This document shows positions 53,837-64,000 of a stretch of 64,000 nucleotides of DNA, in pieces (the first letter of the stretch is position 1; each line of letters starts with the position of its first letter). This stretch comes from the human T2T-CHM13v2.0 reference genome, Homo sapiens, in NCBI RefSeq assembly GCF_009914755.1, contig NC_060942.1. One strand, 5' to 3'. A program made the position numbers and the translations under genes. The notes under the pieces were generated by a model. That model was not told where the DNA came from. It searched no databases and saw only the letters and a list, made by a program, of their open reading frames with translations.

Positions 53837-54935
53837 AATCTGGATTTAGAAAGCATTAGTAGAGTGTTTTTGGTTCCTTTTCTGTTTTTAAGGATAATTC
53901 AACTTTTTGGACCACGATGACTTTTTCGGAGGTCCGTTGCAATGTTTGTCTACCAAATGAAGGCATTGACTCTTTATAGGGAAATCTTGCTTTTCATCGG
54001 CCACAGTTGAGGAAGGGACCCTTGAAAACTGAGTGGTTACTTTGAAAAAATAAGTGTTGGGGGATGAGGGAAGCCTATTATAATTTTTATTTAGAGGCCT
54101 AGGAATCAACATTAAACAGCTGTTTTGTTTTTTTCTTTTCCTAGACAGCATTTCTGAAAAAGGTACTTTCATTACCTGCTTTGTTATTATTATTTTTAAG
54201 TGTCCCATGGTCACTATATGTAATTGAGTTTGAAGGTCTGATAAATCTTTGATGAATAATACAACAGTCCCCCTAGCTTATACATATTTCAAAGCCAGTT
54301 AAATCCCAGGAGCCGGCAGCAGGCGAAGGGTTGAATACACATTATGTGTCTCCTTCCACATTCCTACTCAATCCACTCTCTTTAGTGGAAAGCTTCTTTT
54401 TGTCATGATCAGCCAGAGGTGAAGAATGAAGAAGAGATGGATTTTCATTAAGAATAGAGCTTTGTATAAAATTTCTTCATCTGTCTGAACATCTGATAGG
54501 AGCAGGGCTTTGAAAATCATCTCAGATCAGATTCTATATGCATTTTGATTTTGAATGATGCTGAGTTATGCGAACATCTTCCCTAGTTATGGCTAATGTT
54601 TAGCTAAAAAAGAATTCTTCAGACAACATTAATATGAGTTGTCTGCTTCCTAAAACAATAACCAAGGTCTGCATCCTGTGTGTTTCTTTGGGAATATAGG
54701 TAATTCATTTTTCAATTAGGAAATTTCATATGCCTTAAAGGTTTTTTTTATTAACATTTCACGGCATTGTTTCTAGCTCAGATATGGATAGAACCTAATG
54801 ACACTCTTATTTGGCATTAGAGAGGTTAACTAGATATTATGACATCTTCATTCTATTGTTTCAAGTGGAAGAGCTGTTCATTTAGATAGAAATTGAGAGT
54901 ATTTTTTAAAAATGCGATCTATCATTTTGGTGCTG

Positions 54936-55258
<323 letters not shown>

Positions 55259-56879
55259 TAAGACAGAATGAGGCTTCCTGTTTGCAGAGAATGTCCAGCC
55301 TATCCTGTGTCACTCTACTCCCAAGGGAAGCCTGGCTCCACCCTTGATGGCTTTCACTTGGCTTGGTGCTAGACTACTCTTGGACACATTTTTCCCAAGC
55401 TGGGATGAGAACCCAACCTCTATTGATGTCACTATAGACTCTGATCTGTGAGTGTATTTGTGAATGTGAGGGAGATAGAAAATCACCACTGGGCTTCCCT
55501 TTTCCCTGCTCAGCTGACTTCTGCATCCACATGCCCTCTCCTCTATTCTCATGCATTTTGTGAGGTGGTTTGTGAAAGCCAGTGTGAAGTCTGAGGTGTT
55601 TACCATTGCTGGAGGGGACGTTGTGGGTAACAGAGGAGCTCTTTGATTCAGTTTCCAAAGTTGGCTGTACTATTTGCTTGCTATGCAAACTCAAATAAGT
55701 TACTTGGCTGCTCTCAACCTCAGTTTGATCATCTGTAAATTTGGAATAAACATATGTACTTTTTGGGATGAAGACTGAGCCCTCTAATCAGAACCAGAAT
55801 CACCTATGTTTTCATGGTCCTAAGAAATTCCTTTCCCCGGATGTGTAAGCTAAAATTCTGTTGATGATTAACATGAAACTATGACTTGCTGGCTCTTTGA
55901 AGCCCTGCTCCTATGAGGACGTGTGAACTTCATGCTAGAATTAAGACAGCTCAGCAGGAGGATGGAGTTTTAAAAATGTCCCCATTGAAGTCTCCATGAT
56001 TTCATTTACAGTCTGCTCAAGCAATCTGGAGCTGGGAGAAACTTCTTCTTTACTAAAGATTCCCACATTCAACCCACCCTAAAGCAGAAAGAAAGTTCTG
56101 CATTAAGTTTTCCTGGCTGCTGTGAAGTGCAGCACAGCCATGGGTGGGAATAGAACAAAGACAATGAAAGCTGGAAAATGCTGTTCTTATCGATGTTCAG
56201 GCACAATTAGGTTTGTTCCTCGCCACCTCTGCCACGGGGCTTCCTGTCATTGGTGGGTTGCACCTTCCTCCCCTTCTTCCACCACCGAGAAAGTCCTGAC
56301 AGGGTTGAAGCAGGGAGAAAAGGGAAATAAGTTTTTATTTTTATTAAAAAATAGCTCTAGGTGAATTATTAAGATTGTGAAATAATTAATTGAAAGTTCT
56401 TTGGAATTCCTTTTGGTATTTTATGAAAAAATGATTAAAAGGCCAAATTTTCTTCACAGATGACAACTTAGATAAAGCATTTGTGTTTATTTTTGAACCC
56501 ACATTGGCCGTTACTCCATAGAACAAACTGTCATGGCATTAACCCCACTTCTACAAGCCTATACCCACTGTTTGGGTAGTTGCGGCCAGAAATGGAGCCC
56601 CAGGCCTTTCAGGATTATTCAGGTAGATTTGGTGTTTGAAGTCACTGGGAATTTAATAGGCTGGATGGCTAAACTGGGGAAGGTGGCTATTTGGTCTTCT
56701 TGGTGTACTGAGTATTATTTTGTGAGATAAGGTTATTTAGACAACAATATATTTTTGCCTGTTATAAGCAACAATAATAACTACCAATTTCAATGGCAAA
56801 TAAAATAGCAGCTAAAAGTGCTTACTTTGTGCTAGGCACTCGTGCTGAGTGCTGTGTAATTCATTTCCTCCTCTCTTTG

Positions 56880-57195
56880 TTCTTTTCTTTTTCTTTCTTT
56901 CTTTTTTTTTTTGAGACAGAGTGTTACTTTGTCACTCAGGCTGAAGTGCAGTGGCACAGTCATAGCTCACTGCATCCTCAGACTCCTGGACTCAAGGGCT
57001 CCTCCCATCTTAGCCTCCGGAGTCATTAGAACTATAGGTACAAGCCACCATACCAGGCTAATTTCTTACTTTTTATTTTTGTGGAGATGGGGTTTGGCTA
57101 TGTTGCCTAGCCTGGTCTTAACTCCTGGCCTAAAGCAATCTTTTTGCCTCAGCCTCCCAGAGTGTTGAGATGACAGGTGTGAGTCACTGCACCCA
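56880..57195 (-). mobile_element. AluJ-like element
   Basis: Diverged complete antisense Alu. Confidence 0.88.
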
Positions 57196-57229
57196 ATCTC
57201 AATAATTTATTTCTAACAATCCATTATAA

Positions 57230-57390
57230 TAATTCATTTAATTCTTCTAGTAACTCTACTTTTATCCCCATTTAACAGACGAGGAACCCTAGGTTTGGAG
57301 ATGCTAAGTTGCGGAGCTTTTGATCACGCAGCCAACCAGTGACACAGTTTGGGCCCTGGCAGTGTGCTGTCATACCTACATTCTTTAAGT
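57230..57390 (-). mobile_element. MIR
   Basis: TTATCCCCATTTAACAGACGAGGAAC core. Confidence 0.65.
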
Positions 57391-58539
57391 ACTATTTAGG
57401 TTTCCAGCGATTTTATGTAAGCTGGCTTGAATTAATTTTCCCTAATTTTGTCTGAATAACTTTTAGCCACATAGCTAAATTTTACTGTAGATTCCCTGGT
57501 ATTTTCCAGTGTTCAATCCTCCAGATTCTTAAATGTTATTGTTAAGTGTAGAAAAATGGATAGACACTGATTTAGCCATCCCATTAGATCTGCAACTTCC
57601 GTAAAATTTTCATCTCAATCCAGAGTAAGAATTACATTTTTACAATATGATCTAGTACAGACATACCTATATGTGTAATTAAAACATGACTGCCGCTTTA
57701 CCCTTACTAAGTGGGACATGTTCTTATATTGTTCTATTCCATTCCATTTCTGTTCCATTTTATTAAAAACAGGTCTCTAGAGAGAGACTAAATTTCATTT
57801 CTCACTAGTGGGTCAGAGCCCACACTTTTGAAAAACAGTTCTTTAGCTGGGTAACTTTCGCCATTCTTTAGAAATTGTCTGCACAGTGCGATGTGCAGCA
57901 TTTCAGCATCCCTCTAGATAATTTTTCAAATTGTGAGGAATTGCCAAGGTGAAATTGGCAGTAACGGACCCTGAGAAAGGTTGCATTCTCTCTCTGAAAA
58001 AGGTCAAGACTATAAACCTGGCTTGCTTTGGAGCACTGAAAACTTCAGCCTTAGAAACAGGGTCCCAGCAGAATAATTCTTAGCATGGCACGAAGTCCAA
58101 TGAGCCAGTGAATAAAGGCTTGGAAGCCTGTTCTATGTGGGGCAAGGGTTCTTTCAGAGTGTTCAAGGATACAAGTAACCTTGGATTTTTAATAGTTCCT
58201 TAAGCAGAAAGTCACCTCTCACCCTTCGGCAGCACGTTGACGAGAACTCAAGTGTCTCATGGAGCTTGCTGGGTTGGATTCAGCTGCTGAGAAATGCTGC
58301 GGTTGTTGACTTGCTAGTTATCATGATGTCATGGGCGAGCTGTCACTAGCAAGCATGATCACAGTGAGGCATAAAAGGGAAAGGGAAAAAATACAACAGT
58401 TGGGCACAGTCTTTTTTGAAATTCTCAGGCACCAGTTTTTTGTTTATTTCTTATTTCTCTGTTTGGGTGTAATGAAAAAGGGCTTAATACTACTAGCTAG
58501 TTACCATTTATCTAATGTCAACTGCAGCCTCAGTACTTG

Positions 58540-58730
58540 CTCATTGTCTTATGTGGATTGCCTCATTAGGACTTAGAGAAACCTAATTGGGTAAATTATT
58601 ATTCCTGTCATTTTAACAATGTGAACACTGAGGTTTAGAAAAGCCAAGTAACTTTGCAAAGATTATATAGTTAGTAAGTCATGGACATGGGATGGAACCA
58701 AGACAATCTGGATCTAAAGTTTGCACTATG
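58540..58730 (-). mobile_element. MIR
   Basis: CATTTTAACAATGTGAACACTGAGGTTTAGA...AAGTAACTTTGC. Confidence 0.65.
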
Positions 58731-59431
58731 GACAACCAAACTTCAATCTGACGATTTGGCTTCTCTCCTTGGTGACTGGGAGGTGAGTTTCACAGGGAGG
58801 GAGGAGAGGTTGGTGTGGGAGGTGTCTGTCTGAGGTGACAGGGACTCAGTCTTTCTTTCTGTATGTGTGCATCATCTTTTCTATACGTGGTGCTGGGGGT
58901 GTCTACTGTCCTGCTAGTGAAACTTCCAGTCTCTTGTTCTTCCAGATTCTCAGTGTTTCTGGAACAGGTGAACATTTTTGGATGCTGATACTCAAGTGCT
59001 TGGAATTAGTAGTACTTTGATGGACTGTAAAGGTGGCCAAGGAAAGATCTGGAAAGCAGATATGGCATTCAGGGCGGCTGGGTCTCTGAGGAGCATGCCT
59101 GGAAGCTGGCAAAGTGAAATGATCTGGATGATCTGGCAAAGCACAGGGACACAGCAGTGGGTGACAGATGATGGAAATATGCCGGAAAGCTTGAAGACAG
59201 GGAGTGGCAACTGGGAGGGCTGAGCAGGCAAGAGTGGAAGAGCCCAGCCCTGTGCTCAGATTCTGGGACTAGACTTCAGTTCCTAAGAGGCATCGTAAAG
59301 GCAGGTGAGCACCGTTGATAGAAGAACTGAACACTACTCCAGCTTGAACATTAGTCTATGGATCCTTAAATTCTCTTTGAGTAGTAACAGAATTGGCCAA
59401 GTATTAGCCTAATCTTACAGCCGAGGGCTAA

Positions 59432-59941
<510 letters not shown>

Positions 59942-59982
59942 TGAAAGGAATGACAATGTCCTGGCAGGGACTGAAAAATAAC

Positions 59983-60032
59983 TGTGTGTGTGTGTCTGTG
60001 TGTGTGTCTGTGTGTGTGTGTGTGTTTGTGTG
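59983..60032. repeat. Imperfect (TG)n microsatellite
   Basis: Direct reading. Confidence 0.9.
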
Positions 60033-62096
60033 TATGCAGGAGGATGTAAGGAACTGGGAAAGTGATTAGGAAGCTTTTCCTGAAAAGACAGCCTCCAAAC
60101 CATTTGAAAGTGAGAACAGCAACAATAACTATGATTTAATAATCATTAACTTTTTAAAGTATACTCAATGAATGCAGAAGATTAAATTATTTTAAGAGAT
60201 TTGAAATTATTTCAACTTATTTGGCTGCTGTGTATTTCATTTTGTGGCCTAGGGCAAATGACTATGCAAACTCCAGTTGTAATTCTTTGAAAGGAAGTGG
60301 ATAGTTGGACACTGATGAATGATACTATGCTCTTTGGCTCACCATTAGAATTATATCACCACGTGCTCTCTCCCCGGCTCTCGGCGGTGCTCCCTTAGCT
60401 TCTTATCAGAATCCTGTGGGAAAGATCCTGGATCAAACATTTCTATTGTGGAGAAGATTCCATCAAGAGTGCTTTTCACTTGTTCTTTATTTTATTTTAC
60501 TTTTTCCCAAGAAGATGGCCACACACAGAGAGAATCATGCTTTTAATTCGTAGAGGAACATTGCCACCTGGATGAAAAATTACATTCTGAAGGCTCAATA
60601 AATGAGTTTTATTTCCAACTTTGCTTGTGACTCACTCTCTAAGATGCTTTTTCTACATCTGTGAAATGGAACAATTAATTTCCACCTGTGTCACAGTAGT
60701 GATAGAAAAAATGTGTTACAAAATACCTGCAGTATACTTCCAGCTTATTTTGGAGGAATATAAAATATTACCATTATGTGGAATTGATAAAGCTTAGTAC
60801 ACAAGTGTGAATTTTTATAGCATTACAGCATGATACATGGAGAAGAAACGGACAAATTTAGATTACAATATATACTGACATAGATTCTCTGGATAATAAA
60901 ATAATTTCCCAAAAGAAACTTTGAGAATCAAGAACAAAATAAATATTTATATACAGTATTCACAAATTCTTAAATATTCTTAGCAAGAATACCCTAGGCC
61001 AGTATTTTCCAAACTGTATTTATAATGCTGTTTTTATAGTTTATTATAATACATTGCATGAGAAATTAAAAGGTAGTCAATGAAGAATATGTTTGGTGCT
61101 CAAATAAGTTTGAGAAATGCTAGGTTGAATAAACAAAGTTTAACAGATTTCTCTCTGTGCATTTTACCTTTCCAAAAGTGAGGAATGGTTTGTAGCATTT
61201 CAAAACTTCTTTGACAAGGGAATACAGTTGGGAAAAAGTTGTTATGGACCAGAAATAAATGTAAATACACTTATGTTTAAAATGACTGCTCAGTTTTTGG
61301 TTGCTTAAGTGTCCTTGGTAATTAGTGATACTGAGATTAAATTATCTTGCTACTTTTGTATACTCGCTGTTAATTTAAAAATAATATATTAATATCTGTT
61401 AATAATTGTGAGATTTTTAACAGCCTGACCACATACATATGTGAGGATACTGACTATATGATATATAATTCTATTTTTATGTCCACAAATATTCTATATA
61501 TTTATATAAATTATATATATTCTATTTATACATACATGCAAAATTATATGATTCTATTTATGATTAAATATATGATTCTGTTTATATAGATTATATATGT
61601 GTATACATGCATATATGAAGAGGGTATAATCCTATTGAGTTGTTTTCTGGGCCTCCTTTCTGTCCATGTTCAAATTTATCCTTCCTTTTCTGTGTGTTTA
61701 TAAATCGTATAGAAATGGGAAGTAGAGGATTTTAGGGGAAGAAGCAATAAGTATTATTAATGGAAGCCTCATAAGTCATGCAGGTTATGTTACTTTCTTA
61801 ATTGTGAGGTATTAAAAAAATCACTTTTTGCTCCTTGAAATTAAAGAAAACTGCAAAAAGCCATGATATTCAAGGTTGTTTCAGAAAGTAATAATAGACC
61901 TGTCAAGGAACATTAAGATCCTAAAATATTCTGTCATTAGATGTTGTCTGTATTTGGAAAGGGTTATGAAAGCTCTGGCTGGAGAAAAATGTTTTTGACT
62001 TGGCTCTTTGGAGACTTGCTGGTTGAAGTAGCTACGAAATTTAACAGCGACCCCTGGAGGCTAGCATCGGAACTGTCACCGGCATAATTTCGTTGT

Positions 62097-62141
62097 TTTT
62101 AACTTTTCAGTTAAAAAACTTTTAACTTTTCAGTTAAAAAA
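62097..62141. repeat. 23-bp-period tandem duplication
   Basis: TTTTAACTTTTCAGTTAAAAAA twice. Confidence 0.9.
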
Positions 62142-62878
62142 GAAAGCAAGCGTTCTTTGGCTGTCTCTGTGCCGGATGCAGAGGGCACAACTGCTCTGTG
62201 GCACAGCCCTCTGTGATCGGCCGCGTGAGGGTCCTGTCATCTTGTCTTTCCCTTGTTTCTTCCTTCAGGGCGCTAGGGACACCACCAAAATGGTTTTATC
62301 TGATGATTGTGTTGCTCCAGTCTCTTGTGTTGTGCACGAATCGTTTTGAACAGGATGAGAAAGCTCTTCTTCTCAAATGAACGCTATTTCTCTAATGAGA
62401 ATGCGATCAACATTTAAAATCTCTCCCGGGGAAGGAACTGAGAAGAAAACATTTTTTTTTTCCCCCTTGGGAGTTTTGTGACTTATCTGCCGAGAATGTG
62501 AAGTGTGGGGGGTACTCAGACATTTTACTCCAAAAGCCATTTCAGAAGGGCTTATTTTGGAAAAACATTTTCTATCTGACAGTTTGTGCTGCTTCTATCT
62601 TTTCATTTCCAAGTACGAAATGAGGAATGGTTTACATAAGTGCCACCGCTGTTCACTCCACACAGAGCTTTTAATAAGAATGAATTGTTATTTTTGGAAA
62701 CATTTTGGACTGTTTATCCAAATGGGATAAATATTAAATAGTTTTTCTTCAAACATAATATGTATGTATTAAAGACAAGCATCATATATCCCAAAAAGAA
62801 TATGAAGGAAAGAAAAATCCACCAAGGTTGTAAACTGAAATGATTTTTATTATTGGTTAGGTTTTTTTGGGATTTGGA

Positions 62879-63120
62879 TTTTTTTTTTTTTCTTAGAGAC
62901 GGGGTCTTTCTCTGTTGCACAGGTTGGAGTGCAGTGGTGTTTGCATAGCTCACTGCAGCCTCAAACTCCTTGGCTCGGGGATCCTCCCACCTTAGTCTCC
63001 TGAGTAGCTAAGACTACCACCAGTGTGCTTCACTATGCCTATTTTTAATTTTTTTTCTTTTTTGTGGAGATGAGAGCCTTGCTATGTTGCCCAGGCTCGT
63101 CTTGAATTTCTAGCATCAAG
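62879..63120 (-). mobile_element. Partial AluJ-like element
   Basis: Antisense Alu lacking its 5' end. Confidence 0.85.
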
Positions 63121-63159
63121 TATAGGTCTTTATAATGATAGCCTTCTTCTCTGAGTATC

Positions 63160-63285
63160 ATAGGCATGATGCGTGGAGTCTTTGCATGTGGGACAGAGTC
63201 CTGGCTCTGTCACTTTCAGTCCAATGACCTTGAACAAGTTGTTTGCGCTCTCTGTTATCTGTAAAAGAGGAATAAAACTATCTGT
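63160..63285 (+). mobile_element. MIR
   Basis: CCTGGCTCTGTCACTT...TGACCTTGAACAAGTT...ATCTGTAAAA. Confidence 0.7.
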
Positions 63286-64000
63286 CCAGGCCACATTTTA
63301 GAATTCACATTGTATTAAAATCATATGTACTCAGAATACGGTTAAGGACCAAACCACTGTGTGTTTGTATTGTTGTTATTTTTCTAATTCTTTGTGTAGT
63401 GTAGAAACTGACTTGGCTTCTGGTGTCTTTGGCAACAGCAGTAAGTAGTAGAACAGTGAAAAAGGAGCATTTATGCTGTTCTCCCACAGCATAAATGAGC
63501 ATGCAGGCAATTTGGAGCCGTGTCCCAGAGCAAATTGTCTTTGCTGATGAAGGAAGAATTTGCACCTGGCAAGAGAAAAGGACAGGGGGACTATTTTAAA
63601 GATCCTTCAGACATTACTAGAGAGTAACACCTTGTTTGAGCTGTACAGACGAACAGAGTTAAATTCATACCTGAGGAGCTATTGCCGGCAGAGTACTGTA
63701 CAGGCATTTATCTTAAGATGAGTTTGGCATGGGGCTGGAGTGGGGCTGGTGGCCTGGGAGATGTCAGAGAGCACTGGTGAGCAGTAAGTTGACAATGGAT
63801 TGGGAAGCATGCCAGGTTGAGGAGCATCCTATAGAACCAGTCTCTCCTTTTATCCCCCAAATACAAGTCTGCAAGGGATCAAAAGTGGGCTATATTTAAA
63901 TAATTGGCAAACAAAAATTGTAAAGTTTTTGTATTGAAAGGTCAGTGGTGGTAAGACAAAATGTCTTGTAAATTAAGATTTTAAGAAGTGCATTAAAATG

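Overview
Primate (very likely human) genomic DNA containing the complete ADCYAP1 (PACAP, pituitary adenylate cyclase-activating polypeptide) gene on the + strand, followed by about 51 kb of gene-poor, repeat-rich sequence (Alu, L1, MIR, MaLR LTRs, DNA-transposon fossils, microsatellites). A non-coding exon 1 ends at 5355. Four coding exons (5682-5791, 7954-8085, 8559-8657, 9740-9929; 531 nt) splice via GT-AG introns into the 176-aa prepro-PACAP, which contains PRP, PACAP-38 and PACAP-27. A long 3' UTR carries proximal and distal poly(A) signals. I found no second protein-coding gene and no new multi-gene system. The most interesting signals are cis-regulatory: a split, non-canonical REST/RE1 site upstream of the promoter; a strong cryptic donor 96 nt past the PRP exon that would give a stop-containing, PRP-only isoform; a pre-miRNA-sized hairpin in the 3' UTR; a 5'-UTR uORF; a dispersed ~50-80 bp duplicated module with a palindromic forkhead site; and a strong minus-strand bias of downstream retroelements. 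Repeat subfamily names and boundaries are by eye and approximate.
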